Positions 1-9,779 are shown, numbered from the stretch's first letter. The stretch is 64,000 nucleotides of DNA from an uncultured Haloferula sp. (GCA_965652295.1 CBFGTS010000003.1:64001-128000), one strand, 5' to 3'. Program-made: numbers and translations. Notes: generated by a model from the sequence alone, not told the origin.

Positions 1-666
1 GAGCGCGGCGACCTCCTTGCCAAGCCCCACTTCCTCCAGATACCGCCCGATCCCCGCCGAGGGCTCCGCCGGCATCGGCTCGGTGCGCCGCAAAAACAAC
101 ACCTTCAGGCCCTCCACCTCCCAGATTTCGGCATGCTCGCCCACGAAGCGCAGCCGCTCGCGCAGTGAGTGGAGATACTCGATCAAATCCGCCCCGACCC
201 AACGCATCACCTCGTAAAGCGGCTCTCCCGGCTCCAGCCGCTGGCATTTCGCGAAGCGCCGCAAAAGCGTCACGTCCAGCGGCGAGTTCAGCCGCGCCAG
301 CACGTCGCGTTCCACTCCCAACCATGCCGCCGTCGAGTTCGGCCCGGTCACGTCGAAGCGCTCGGTGGTTTCCAGCCAGTCGCAGAAACTACGAGCATCG
401 TCGTACACGCCCAGGTCCATCAGCACCAGGCTCAGCGCGCAGCAGGGCGGCGCCTCGACCGGGAACTGGTGGTGATCGAAATTCCGCTTCGCCGGATCGT
501 GATGTCCGCCCACATCGACGACCGCCACGCTTTCGTCATCGAGATCCTCCTGCGTCGGCTCCCGCCGCACGATGGGCACGCCGTGAACGCCCGCCAGCAC
601 CGCGCAGGCGAGAAGTTCGTCCTTATGAGCGCTGCCGGGGTGGGTGAGGATCTGTCGAATGGCCAT
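1..666 (-). CDS. MYG1-family metal-dependent hydrolase/exonuclease, partial (runs off the left edge)
   Basis: Not in the ORF track because it has no stop codon in the window. Manual translation from ATG 666 gives MAIRQILTHPGSAHKDELLACAVL...VVDVGGHHDPAKRNFDHHQF, which carries the MYG1-type TH..HxDE, DVGG and FDHHQ motifs. The frame stays open to position 1. Confidence 0.8.
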   Translation of the reverse strand, partial: MAIRQILTHPGSAHKDELLACAVLAGVHGVPIVRREPTQEDLDDESVAVVDVGGHHDPAKRNFDHHQFPVEAPPCCALSLVLMDLGVYDDARSFCDWLETTERFDVTGPNSTAAWLGVERDVLARLNSPLDVTLLRRFAKCQRLEPGEPLYEVMRWVGADLIEYLHSLRERLRFVGEHAEIWEVEGLKVLFLRRTEPMPAEPSAGIGRYLEEVGLGKEVAAL

Positions 667-714
667 GGCCGGGCATCCTTTTCACCCCGCCCCTGCAAGC
701 AAGCGCCAATGCAA

Positions 715-737
715 AAGCCCCGGGTCAGGGCTCCTAC
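715..737 (-). repeat. GTAG-type REP-like hairpin
   Basis: Minus strand reads GTAG-GAGCCCTG-ACC-CGGGGCTT, a GTAG tetranucleotide followed by a short GC-rich stem, in an intergenic region. Confidence 0.4.
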
Positions 738-771
738 GTCAGGGAGAAAACGAGGACCACTGGCTGTTGGT

Positions 772-875
772 GGACCAGGATGGATGGGATGGATGGGATA
801 TTTGAAGCTGCCGGATGCGGTTTCCCTGCATTTCCACCTGCATTTCCATCCTATTCATCCCATCCATCCTGGTCC
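772..875. repeat. Intergenic inverted-repeat element with 28-bp arms built from GGAT units
   Basis: 772-799 GGACCAGGATGGATGGGATGGATGGGAT is the reverse complement of 848-875 ATCCTATTCATCCCATCCATCCTGGTCC with 2 mismatches. Confidence 0.8.
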
Positions 876-1015
876 CGAGATCCATTTTGTTCCAAGCAGG
901 ACCCCGATGGCTCCCCAATGGAGGAGCACCGCCCCGGGTGCCGTGGCACTCCTCTTCGCGCCACCTTTGCTCAAGCTTTGCGAAAGACTCGGCCCGCACC
1001 GCCGTAAGCACGCAG

Positions 1016-2143
1016 GTGAAGGTCTGCTTCATGACATCCATCGGGCTGGGAGCCGTGCTGGCCGCCGGTTGCGCCCAACAACAGGTGGCCGAGTCGGTCG
1101 CCGGTCATGCCATGGTCGAAGGCCGCCGCTACGCCGATGAGGTCAAGGCGCAGTCGCCCTTCGAGACGGTGCAGCTCCAGTGGAGCGAGGCCGAGAGCCT
1201 GATGGAAAAACGCAACCCCGATTTCCTCGCCGCCCGTGCGGAATACCATGCCGCTCTCGATCAGAAGCCCGTCGTCCGCGAACTCACCGACGAGGTTGCG
1301 GCGGCCGTGGACCTGTCGTTCGACGTGCTCAAGCCGGACGTCCTGCTCGAGTCCTTCCGTACCCCGGCCATGCAACTGCCGCGGCAGCTCGCCTCCTTGG
1401 GCAAGCTTAAGGACCTTTCCCACAGCATCGAACAGAACGCCTGGGAAAACACCGCACGCACCGTCGATGCCGAGATGCGGATGCGGAAGGAGAAGGTCGA
1501 ACTCCACCGGCTGCTGCGCCTCGGCGAACTCATCGACGACGAGATGGAACGCGTCACCGCCGCACCGCCTCCGCCATCCGACGCCGATCCGAAGCTGACC
1601 TCCGCCATCGATGCCTGGCGGGTGAAACTGCGCGACGAGCGGAAAAAGTGGCTCGGTGACGTGCGGAATTTCTTCGATGCCGAGTATCACGACGTGCGTT
1701 TCGTCAAGGACGAGGCCGGCCTGCCGACGTATCAGGACACCGTCCGTCCCGACCTCACCGAGTGGAAGCGGTGGTGCCGCCTCCGCCGCTCGCAGGAGCT
1801 GGTGGACGTGCTCAAGAAGGCTCACGAATCGAGCAAGCCCGCGATCCCCGGAACCCGCCTGGTAAAAAGCACGCTCAACGAAATCGTCCATCCCGACGAG
1901 CCCGCCATCGCGCCGACCCTCGATCAGGAATCCGTGCGCAAGGAAGTCCGCGAACTCATCCAGCATTGGCGGGAGATGAAGCAGGCCCAGGTCACGGCCG
2001 ATGGCCTGGAGAACGCCGATCCGCAGCCCGCCTTTGACGACATCGCCCGCGTCAACCGCCGCCAGGAAATCTTCAAGCTGCGCCAGCAGGAGATCCAACA
2101 CGCCGGCGAGGTCTGGATCGCCGACGAGCTTTGCTGGCGCTGA
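1016..2143 (+). CDS. Putative lipoprotein, helical, function unknown
   Basis: Part of ORF 815..2143. A GTG start at 1016 gives MKVCFMTSIGLGAVLAAG-C, a lipobox-like signal. The upstream extension overlaps repeats and is unlikely to be coding. Confidence 0.65.
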   Translation: MKVCFMTSIGLGAVLAAGCAQQQVAESVAGHAMVEGRRYADEVKAQSPFETVQLQWSEAESLMEKRNPDFLAARAEYHAALDQKPVVRELTDEVAAAVDLSFDVLKPDVLLESFRTPAMQLPRQLASLGKLKDLSHSIEQNAWENTARTVDAEMRMRKEKVELHRLLRLGELIDDEMERVTAAPPPPSDADPKLTSAIDAWRVKLRDERKKWLGDVRNFFDAEYHDVRFVKDEAGLPTYQDTVRPDLTEWKRWCRLRRSQELVDVLKKAHESSKPAIPGTRLVKSTLNEIVHPDEPAIAPTLDQESVRKEVRELIQHWREMKQAQVTADGLENADPQPAFDDIARVNRRQEIFKLRQQEIQHAGEVWIADELCWR

Positions 2144-2272
2144 AGAACCGCCGCGGTCCGCGGGTTCACCGGCCATCGCCTGCGCTCCCGGCCGTTGCGG
2201 CTTTCGAAGGCTGGCTGATGATTTTTCCCACGCCCTCATCTCCCCGTCATCTTCACGGGATAGAGATCGGGC

Positions 2273-3253
2273 GTGAACCTCATCCATCCCATCGCCGCCC
2301 TCGCCTTCGGCACCTCCGCCCTCGCCGCGCCGGATTTCCGCATGGAGATCACCGACGAGCCCTGGCACCTCGCCGGATTCGAGAATCCGCTCGACCTCAG
2401 CGCGATCGCCGCCGCCACACCTACGACGGTCCTCGTAGGTAGCGACGAGCTCTTCCACGTCCAGCCGGGCGTGATGGAGGCGGGCAAGTTCCGCATCGAG
2501 TCCCGCCGGCCGATCCCCCTTCCGGTCGAGTCCGCGGACGACAAGACGGAGGTCGACATCGAGGGCATCGCCTGGTCGCCCGAAACCTCCGCCTACTACG
2601 TCACCGGCTCCCACGGCGTGGGAAAAAAGAAGGGGGATCGACAACCCGACCGCCTCACGATCTTCCGCGTGCCGGTGCGACCGGATGGCTCGATCCGGGA
2701 AAAGGACATCGACCGCGCTTCGCTCCAGCCGTGGATCCGCCGGACCAAGGTCCTCGAGCCATTCCTGAACGAACCTTTGCAGAAAAACGGGCTCAACATC
2801 GAGGGGCTCACCGCCCGCAACGGCCTGCTCTTCATCGGTCTGCGCGCACCGAACATCGATGGCGACGGGATCGTTCTCGAAATCCCCGCCGACGCTGCTT
2901 TCACCGACTCCCCCGCGGCGATGAGGCTCCACCGCATCCCTATCGGCGAAGGCCGCGGGATCCGCGAAATCGTCGCCGTGAAGGACGGCTTCGTCCTGGT
3001 CACCGGAAACGCAAGCGCACCGCCCACCAAGAAGATTCCCGTGAGTGAGGTGGACAGCCCGGACACGCGCTTCGACCTGCTCTTCTGGAATGGCCGCGAC
3101 CCCCGCGCCAAGACCCTCGGCACGCTGCCGGAAAACGGCGGCAAGGCGGAAGGCCTGCTGGTGCTCGAGGATACCCCGGAGCACGTCAAGCTGCTGGTCG
3201 TCTTCGACAGCCTCCTCGCCGGCCAACCGACGAGTGTCCTGCTGCACCGCTGA
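2273..3253 (+). CDS. Secreted DUF3616-like (beta-propeller-type) protein
   Basis: Signal peptide and motifs DIEGIAW, YYVTGSHG, NIEGL, IGLRAP, GRGIREI and KAEGL. Confidence 0.7.
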   Translation: MNLIHPIAALAFGTSALAAPDFRMEITDEPWHLAGFENPLDLSAIAAATPTTVLVGSDELFHVQPGVMEAGKFRIESRRPIPLPVESADDKTEVDIEGIAWSPETSAYYVTGSHGVGKKKGDRQPDRLTIFRVPVRPDGSIREKDIDRASLQPWIRRTKVLEPFLNEPLQKNGLNIEGLTARNGLLFIGLRAPNIDGDGIVLEIPADAAFTDSPAAMRLHRIPIGEGRGIREIVAVKDGFVLVTGNASAPPTKKIPVSEVDSPDTRFDLLFWNGRDPRAKTLGTLPENGGKAEGLLVLEDTPEHVKLLVVFDSLLAGQPTSVLLHR

Positions 3254-3298
3254 GATTTTCTCCAACCCCAACTCCAACCACGAAACCAAAGAGATATC

Positions 3299-3769
3299 AT
3301 GAAACCGACACCCGCCATTCTGGCCCTGACCCTGACCACCGGATTCGCCCTCGCCGATGACGACGGCCGCGAACTCCGCCTCGAAGATTGCCCGGCTCCG
3401 GTCCGCTCCACCATCGAATCGAACGCCCGCGGCGGCCACGTCGAGGAAGTCGAGCACATCGCCATCGGCGATCGCGAAATCTACCTCGCCGAAATCGACC
3501 TCCCCGGCGATCTCGACCTCACCGTGCATGTCCTCGGAAACGGCTCGCTTGTGAAGACCCGCGAGGACGTGGCGAAGGAGGCCATCCCCGCCTTCGCTTC
3601 CAGCCTCGCCAGTGACCGCGGCGGCCACCTGGACGACGTGGACAAGGAGGTCGCCTCCGGGAAGACCACCTATCACATCGAGATCGACCGCCGAGGCCAG
3701 CCCGACCTCGACCTCATCACCGACGAAGCCGGCAAGATCCTGCGCGAGACCGAGGAGCACGACGATTGA
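3299..3769 (+). CDS. Secreted PepSY-like (BLIP-like) repeat protein
   Basis: Signal peptide, then two acidic repeats (LEDCPAPVRSTI...YLAEID...GNGSLVK and EAIPAFA...YHIEID...EAGKILR). Lies upstream of an OmpR-type system. Confidence 0.65.
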   Translation: MKPTPAILALTLTTGFALADDDGRELRLEDCPAPVRSTIESNARGGHVEEVEHIAIGDREIYLAEIDLPGDLDLTVHVLGNGSLVKTREDVAKEAIPAFASSLASDRGGHLDDVDKEVASGKTTYHIEIDRRGQPDLDLITDEAGKILRETEEHDD

Positions 3770-3786
3770 TCGCCGGGAGATCGCGC

Positions 3787-3819
3787 AAGCCGGAGGTGGA
3801 CGGGTTCCACCTCCGGTTT
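3787..3819 (+). terminator. Stem-loop, possible terminator between the PepSY-like gene and the response regulator
   Basis: AAGCCGGAGGTGGA-CGGGT-TCCACCTCCGGTTT, with only a short U tract. Confidence 0.45.
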
Positions 3820-3838
3820 CATCTTGGAGCCCCACCGC

Positions 3839-4507
3839 ATGAAACTCCTGATCGTCGAAGACGCCGCGCGCCTGCGCGAGACGCTCGAAAAAGCCCTGTC
3901 CCGCATGGGTCATGCCGTCGATACCGCGGCCGATGGCATCGAGGGCGACGCAATGGGCCGCGGCTCGAACTATGACGCGGTGGTGCTCGATCGCATGCTG
4001 CCGGGAAAGGACGGCATCACCGTGCTGCGTGATTGGCGGCGGGATGGCATCGCGACTCCCGTGCTGCTGCTCACCGCATTGGACGGCGTGGAGGAAAAGG
4101 TGCGCGGCCTCGGCCAGGGTGCCGATGACTACCTTACCAAGCCGTTTGCACTGGCCGAGCTCGTCGCCCGGCTCGAAGCCCTCGTCCGCCGCCGCTACGA
4201 CCAGCCGGCACCGGTTTTGAAAATCGGCCCGCTGGAGATCGACACCCCGGCCAAGTCCGTGAAGCGGGACGGAGAAACGATCCCGCTCACCGCGCGGGAG
4301 TTCTCTCTCCTGGAGCTTCTCGCCCGCCGCCCCGGGCAGGTGATGAGCCGCGAACGGATCGAGTCCCACCTCTACGCCGAGCTCAGCGGGCCGCTCAGCA
4401 ACGCCGTCGACGCCGCCGTTTACTCGCTGCGCCGGAAACTCTGTCCGCCGGGCACGCCGGCTTTGATTCACACCCGCCGCGGGCTCGGCTACGTTCTTGA
4501 GGCATGA
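3839..4507 (+). CDS. OmpR/PhoB-family DNA-binding response regulator
   Basis: MKLLIVED, LDRMLPGKDG, GADDYLTKPF, LTAREFSLL and TRRGLGY motifs. Confidence 0.95.
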   Translation: MKLLIVEDAARLRETLEKALSRMGHAVDTAADGIEGDAMGRGSNYDAVVLDRMLPGKDGITVLRDWRRDGIATPVLLLTALDGVEEKVRGLGQGADDYLTKPFALAELVARLEALVRRRYDQPAPVLKIGPLEIDTPAKSVKRDGETIPLTAREFSLLELLARRPGQVMSRERIESHLYAELSGPLSNAVDAAVYSLRRKLCPPGTPALIHTRRGLGYVLEA

Positions 4508-5889
4508 TCTCGATCCGCCGCCGGCTCACCTTTCTCCTCTGTCTCGCGGTCGGCGCGCTGTTCATCGCCACCGGTCTCGGCGTCTTCCTCGCCATGCGCG
4601 GCCTGCTCCAGAAGCAGTTCGATGAAACACTGACCGCCAAGGCACGGGCGTTGATCACCGCCTCGGAGATCGACGACGGCGACTTCGAGATCGACCTCAC
4701 CGTGCAGGACTTCGCCGGCTTCGGACCGGGCGGCGAGGACTACTTCGAGATCCGTCGGGAAAGCGGAAAGCTGTTCCTGATGTCCCCCTCTCTTGAAAAT
4801 GACGGCTTCCGCATCTCCGACGACCCGCGCGCCCGCGCCCCGCGGGACGACGCGCCGCGGATCTTCGCCACCGGGCTGGGCGATGGCCGTTCCGCCCGTG
4901 TCTACGTCCAGCACTTCCAACCGAAGGACGACAAGAAGGAGCGCTTCCAAGACCTTTATCTGATTGTCGCCAGTCCCACGCGCGGCATGCACCTCCAGCT
5001 CGTGCTGCTTGCTACGGTGCTTGGCGTAGCCGGCGCGGCCGCATTGGTCGCCATGGTGCCGGTCATCCGCCTCGGTCTTGCCGCCGGGTTGAAGCCGCTC
5101 GACCGGCTCGCCTCGGACGTCGGCTCGATCCGTCCCGAATCGCTCCACCAACGGCTCGATGTCTCAAGCCTCCCCGCCGAGCTGGTGCCTGTCGCCACCC
5201 GCCTTAACGAATGGCTCGGTCGGCTGGAGGCGTCGTTCGAGCGGGAGCGGCGCTTCAGCAGCCACGCCGCGCACGAGCTGCGCACGCCGCTGGCCGAGCT
5301 GAAAACCATGGCCGAGCTGGGCGCGATGTGGCCGGAGGAAGCGACCTCCGACCGCTGCGCGGAAATGGTCAAGGTGACCGACGAACTGGAGGGGCTGCTC
5401 GACAAGCTCGCCCTGCTCGCCCGCGCCGATGCCGGTCGCCAGCCGGTCTCGCGCGAACCGGTTTCCCTCACCGCCACGATCGACGCGGCACTTTCCCGAA
5501 TGGCACCGCTGACGGCGGAAAAGCAGCTCCGCATCGAGTCGGAAATCGACGACCGGCCCTTTGTCACCGACCCCATCCTCTGGTCCACCATCCTCCAGAA
5601 CCTCCTCGGCAATGCCGTTTCTCACGCGCCCGAAGGCAGCACCATCCGCATCGAAGCCTCCCCGCGTGCGCTGCACGTCACCAACCCGGCTCCGGACCTT
5701 TCACCCGGCGATCTCGAGCACGTCTTCGATCGCTTTTGGCGCAAGGATCCCTCGCGCACCGGTTACGGCCACTCGGGCCTCGGCATGTCCATCGTCAAAG
5801 CCTGCGCAAGCCTGCTCGGCGGGGCTGCCACCGCCACGCTGACGCCCGCCGGGCATTTCCGCGCTCAGGTCGATTGGTCAGCCGAGTGA
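4504..5889 (+). CDS. Membrane sensor histidine kinase (two TM helices, HAMP, HisKA, HATPase)
   Basis: ERRFSSHAAHELRTPL H-box, NLLGNAV N-box, FDRFWR, GLGMSIV. ATGA overlap with the regulator. Confidence 0.95.
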   Translation: MISIRRRLTFLLCLAVGALFIATGLGVFLAMRGLLQKQFDETLTAKARALITASEIDDGDFEIDLTVQDFAGFGPGGEDYFEIRRESGKLFLMSPSLENDGFRISDDPRARAPRDDAPRIFATGLGDGRSARVYVQHFQPKDDKKERFQDLYLIVASPTRGMHLQLVLLATVLGVAGAAALVAMVPVIRLGLAAGLKPLDRLASDVGSIRPESLHQRLDVSSLPAELVPVATRLNEWLGRLEASFERERRFSSHAAHELRTPLAELKTMAELGAMWPEEATSDRCAEMVKVTDELEGLLDKLALLARADAGRQPVSREPVSLTATIDAALSRMAPLTAEKQLRIESEIDDRPFVTDPILWSTILQNLLGNAVSHAPEGSTIRIEASPRALHVTNPAPDLSPGDLEHVFDRFWRKDPSRTGYGHSGLGMSIVKACASLLGGAATATLTPAGHFRAQVDWSAE

Positions 5890-5951
5890 TCTGCCGGCAC
5901 CTCCGGAAACCGAAGCTTTCCCCCGCCCCGGCGACCCGCTTGGCTCGCACC

Positions 5952-7028
5952 ATGATCCGCGGATGCCTCGCTGTCGTGCTTGCCACCTCCCCTCTCCTCG
6001 CCGAGGAAATGCCCATGACTCGGGAGCAGGCGGAGGATTTCGTGAAACTCGCGCTGTCGGGGATCGACCGCGAGTTTCCCAACAAGACCGGCCACGTCAC
6101 CACGGGCCCGGACGATCTGCGCACACCACGCCAGATGCACCCGGTCTTCTACGGTCACTTCGACTGGCACTCCTCCGTCCACGGCCACTGGACCCTGGCC
6201 CGCCTGCTGAAGCTGCACCCGCAGGCTCCCTTCGCGGAAGACGTCCGCACGCTACTCGACGATAGGCTCACCCGACCCGCGCTGGAGAAGGAAGCCGCCT
6301 ATTTCCGGGAAAAGGACAACCGCAGCTTCGAACGCATGTACGGCTGGGCCTGGACCTTGCGCCTGGCCACCGAGCTGCGGACCTGGGACGACCCCGACGC
6401 CCGGCGCTGGGCGGAAAATTTCGCGCCGCTCGAAAGCGAGATCGTTTCCCTGGCCAAGGACTACCTCCCGAAGCTCGACTGGCCGGTGCGCTGCGGTTTT
6501 CACCCCGAAACGGCGTTTCCTCTCGCCCAGATGCTCGACTACGCCCGGGCGGTCGGCGATGCTGGCCTGGAAAGGCTGATCATCGACAAAGCCACCGGCT
6601 TTTACGGCAAGGACCGTAGCTACCCCACCGGTTACGAACCCTCGGGAAACGACTTCTTTTCCCCCGGCCTCAACGTCGCCGACCTGATGCGCCGCGTCCT
6701 GCCGGCGGACGCGTTCTCCACCTGGTTGACGGGATATTTCCCCGATCTCGCCGAGGGCCGGGCCGGAAATCTCCTGACACCCGTGGACGTCAGCGATCCG
6801 ACCGATGGTCAGCTCATCCACCTCGCCGGACTGAATCTCAGCCGCGCCTGGGCCATGGACGGAATCGCCTCCACTCTGCCCCGGGACGATCCCCGGCGCG
6901 CCGTGTTGGAAACGTCCGCCGCCGGCCACACCCGGGCCGGCCTGCGTTGGATCGGCAGCGGCCACTACGAGGGCGACCACTGGCTCGGTTCCTTCGCGGT
7001 CTATCGCCTGACCGGTGTCGGGCGATGA
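5952..7028 (+). CDS. DUF2891-family secreted protein
   Basis: HPVFYGHFDWHSSVHGHW, FERMYGWAW, HLAGLNLSRAW and YEGDHWLGSFA. Signal peptide from ATG 5952. Confidence 0.85.
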   Translation: MIRGCLAVVLATSPLLAEEMPMTREQAEDFVKLALSGIDREFPNKTGHVTTGPDDLRTPRQMHPVFYGHFDWHSSVHGHWTLARLLKLHPQAPFAEDVRTLLDDRLTRPALEKEAAYFREKDNRSFERMYGWAWTLRLATELRTWDDPDARRWAENFAPLESEIVSLAKDYLPKLDWPVRCGFHPETAFPLAQMLDYARAVGDAGLERLIIDKATGFYGKDRSYPTGYEPSGNDFFSPGLNVADLMRRVLPADAFSTWLTGYFPDLAEGRAGNLLTPVDVSDPTDGQLIHLAGLNLSRAWAMDGIASTLPRDDPRRAVLETSAAGHTRAGLRWIGSGHYEGDHWLGSFAVYRLTGVGR

Positions 7029-7079
7029 TGCCCATCCTTCGTGCTTGGCGGCGGCCCCGGAAACGCGTCCCTTGAGAAG

Positions 7080-8723
7080 GTGAACCACCCGGAATACCTC
7101 GCCGCCATCCTCCTCGCCCTCACGCCCGTCCACGCGGCGGAGTGGAACCGCCTCTTCAACGGCGAGGACCTCCAGGGATGGAGTATCACTCTGGAAAACC
7201 AGCAGCCCGGCGAGGACCCCGAAAAACTCGTCCAGATCCACGACGGCACCGTCCACATGTATCGCGACGTGCCCGCCGGGAAGAAAGTTCCCTTCGGAGT
7301 CATCACCACCGACGAGAGCTACTCCGACTACCACCTGCGCTTCGAATACCGCTGGATCGGAAAGCGCTTCGAGCCCCGCGCCAAGGAGCTGCGCGATGCC
7401 GGCGTGATCTATCACGTGCAGGATGCGTCCAAGGTCTGGCCCTCCGGCCCGGAGTGCCAGGTGCAGGAGGGAGACACGGGCGACGTGGTTTTCATCCGCA
7501 CCGGCGGCCTCACCTGGATGCGCCCGGCCGACTCTCCCGCGCCCGATGGTCAGGGCGAGCCCGGCTTGCTCCCGGAAAACGGCGGCATCCCGCGCTTCTT
7601 CGAGCCGAGCTGGCCCTACATCGGCCGCTTCGAGGAAGCGGACTCGCCCTCCGGCTGGAACCGTGTCGACATCCTCGTGCGCGGCGATGAAGCCGTCCAC
7701 GTCGTCAACGGCCGCGTCATCGCCCGGATCATCGGCATGGTCGGCGAGGACGGAGAGCCGCTCACCTCCGGGCGGATCAGTTTTCAGCTCGAAGCGGCCG
7801 AGGTCCAATACCGGAACATCGAACTCCGCCCCTTGAACGAATCGGGCCCCGAGCCCTCAGCGCGGCTCCTCAGCCTGAGCGCTGTCAAGGGCCACCCCTC
7901 CCGCACCGCGACGGTGAAGGTATCCACGCCGGACGAATCCCTTCCGCAGCCGATCGCCCTCCGCGGTGCCGATGCGGACTCGTTCGAGATTCTGGACAGG
8001 CCCGCATCGCTCGATCAGCCCGAGGGAGAATGGACCGTCGGCTTCCGCCCGCAACGCGGTCGTGGCCGCTACAGCGCCAGTCTGGAACTCGGCTCGCCCG
8101 AAACGGGAGAGGGCACCACCGTTCTGCTCCAGGGCATCGCGCTTGATGCCTTCGAGGGCGAAAACGAGCCGCCGCTCCAGGACATCGTCCACGCGCTCGG
8201 CATCCCGCTCGATGTCGGCGGCGGCAAGCTGGAGCTCGACAAGGATGCCGCCAGCATCGGCGACGGCATCGACGCCTCCTATTTCACCGCTGCCGGAGTG
8301 GAGAAAATCCGCATCACCCCCCTGGCCCGTTTTTCCCCGCCCGGGGCCACGCCGGTCGGCCTCATGGTCCGCGGAAACGAGGCACTGACCGAAATCGGCC
8401 GCCTGTCGGATTCGAACGATCCCATCGATGCCCACCAGACCCTGCTTCCGCCCTGGGAAGGCGGAAAAGCCGCGATCGAAATCGCCCCGCCCGACGAGCC
8501 GTTCGGTTTCTACATGGAGGGGCATCACTACACCTCCTTCACCGATCGCGAGCGCCCCAGCAAAGCTTCCATCGCCCACACCGCACGGATCTATCCTGTC
8601 CGCTTCTTTCAGGGAAAAAGGATGACCGACACCTGGATCGTCGCCTTCGAAGAAGCGAGCAACGGCGATTATCAAGACCTCGTCCTCATGGTCGAAGGCA
8701 TCGAGCCGCTTCCGAGCGAGTGA
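7080..8723 (+). CDS. DUF1080 (3-keto-glycoside hydrolase-like) protein with extra C-terminal Ig-like and beta domains
   Basis: LFNGEDLQGW, DYHLRFEY, RDAGVIYH, ECQVQEGDTGD, WNRVDI, GRISFQLEAAEVQYRNIEL. About 290 additional residues end in FEEASNGDYQDLV. Confidence 0.8.
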   Translation: MNHPEYLAAILLALTPVHAAEWNRLFNGEDLQGWSITLENQQPGEDPEKLVQIHDGTVHMYRDVPAGKKVPFGVITTDESYSDYHLRFEYRWIGKRFEPRAKELRDAGVIYHVQDASKVWPSGPECQVQEGDTGDVVFIRTGGLTWMRPADSPAPDGQGEPGLLPENGGIPRFFEPSWPYIGRFEEADSPSGWNRVDILVRGDEAVHVVNGRVIARIIGMVGEDGEPLTSGRISFQLEAAEVQYRNIELRPLNESGPEPSARLLSLSAVKGHPSRTATVKVSTPDESLPQPIALRGADADSFEILDRPASLDQPEGEWTVGFRPQRGRGRYSASLELGSPETGEGTTVLLQGIALDAFEGENEPPLQDIVHALGIPLDVGGGKLELDKDAASIGDGIDASYFTAAGVEKIRITPLARFSPPGATPVGLMVRGNEALTEIGRLSDSNDPIDAHQTLLPPWEGGKAAIEIAPPDEPFGFYMEGHHYTSFTDRERPSKASIAHTARIYPVRFFQGKRMTDTWIVAFEEASNGDYQDLVLMVEGIEPLPSE

Positions 8724-8813
8724 TGAGGGAACTCGTCCGGCTGCCATCCCTCAAGGCCGGGTAGAAACCCTCGACGACCACCCGAGCATGGTTCAAGCGA
8801 TGAACGAACGGCC

Positions 8814-9779
8814 TCAGCCGATCACCTCCGCCGGATCCTGATGCTGGGGCAGGCCGCGGGTGAAGGTGAGGTCGCGGATGGGTGCGAGAATGTCGAGGAT
8901 TTCAGCGAGCAGCTCCTCGTTCATCGGCTCGTTGGCGTAGGCGATGTTGGCGCGGATGTTGGCCGGCCGGGCCGTGCCAACGAGCGTGGTGGCGATGTCC
9001 GGGTGGGCGAGACAGAACTGGACGGCCAGCTTCACGATGTCCTCCCCCTTCGCCTGGCAATGCTGAACCGCCTTCCGGCAGCCGTCCTGAATCCTGCTGC
9101 TGGCGGGATGCCATCCCGGCACGCCACGCTCGGTGAGGAGCCCCATGCCGGTCGGCGAGGCGTTGATCACGCCCACTCCTTTTTCCTTCAGATAGGGCAT
9201 CAGACCATCCAGCGAGGTGTCGTTGAGCTCGTAATGGCAGAAGGAAAGAACCGTCTCGACGACGCCGGGCTCAACGCGGTCGAGAATCGAGCGGAAGGTG
9301 CCGAGCGGCAGCGCGGTGATCCCGACGTGGCGGACGAGGCCCTGCTCCTTGAGCCGGTGCAGGGCGGGCAGGGTCTCATTGACGATCTGCTCGTGGTCGG
9401 CGAACTCGATGTCGTGGCACTGGATCAGATCGAGGTAATCGACTCCGAGCCTCACCAAACTGTGTTCGACGCTGCGTTCCGTGCTCGCGCGGGAGTAGTC
9501 GTAATCGCCGCGGGCCTCGCTGTAGCTGCCGATCTTGGTGGCGAGGTGGTAGGAATCCCGAGGCACGCCTTCAAGCGCCCGGCCGAGGTTCAGTTCCGCC
9601 CGGGTCCCACCGTAGGCGGGTGAGACATCGATGAAGTTGATCCCGCCTTCGAGGGCGGCGTGGACCGTCTCCACGCAGTCATCGAGGCTGACATCGTGAA
9701 AAACGGCGCCCAGCGACGACGCGCCGAAGCTAAGGACGGAGACTTCCATCCCGGTATGGCCGAGTGTGCGGTAGTTCAT
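8814..9779 (-). CDS. Aldo/keto reductase, L-galactose/L-fucose dehydrogenase-like
   Basis: YRTLGHTGMEVSVLSFGASSLG, GINFIDVSPAYG, LATKIG, YLDLIQCHDIEF and GVINASP. Confidence 0.85.
   Translation of the reverse strand: MNYRTLGHTGMEVSVLSFGASSLGAVFHDVSLDDCVETVHAALEGGINFIDVSPAYGGTRAELNLGRALEGVPRDSYHLATKIGSYSEARGDYDYSRASTERSVEHSLVRLGVDYLDLIQCHDIEFADHEQIVNETLPALHRLKEQGLVRHVGITALPLGTFRSILDRVEPGVVETVLSFCHYELNDTSLDGLMPYLKEKGVGVINASPTGMGLLTERGVPGWHPASSRIQDGCRKAVQHCQAKGEDIVKLAVQFCLAHPDIATTLVGTARPANIRANIAYANEPMNEELLAEILDILAPIRDLTFTRGLPQHQDPAEVIG

Noticed and set aside
971..4471. 1166-aa minus-strand ORF
   Set aside because: It is the antisense shadow of four well-supported plus-strand genes and has no motifs. 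Such ORFs are common in high-GC DNA. The same applies to 11226..13694, 15289..18030, 30789..32678, 34638..36698, 41492..43411 and 47918..49678.
5211..5951. N-terminal extension of the DUF2891 ORF
   Set aside because: It overlaps the kinase in another frame and is Arg/Pro-rich noise. The signal peptide begins at 5952.
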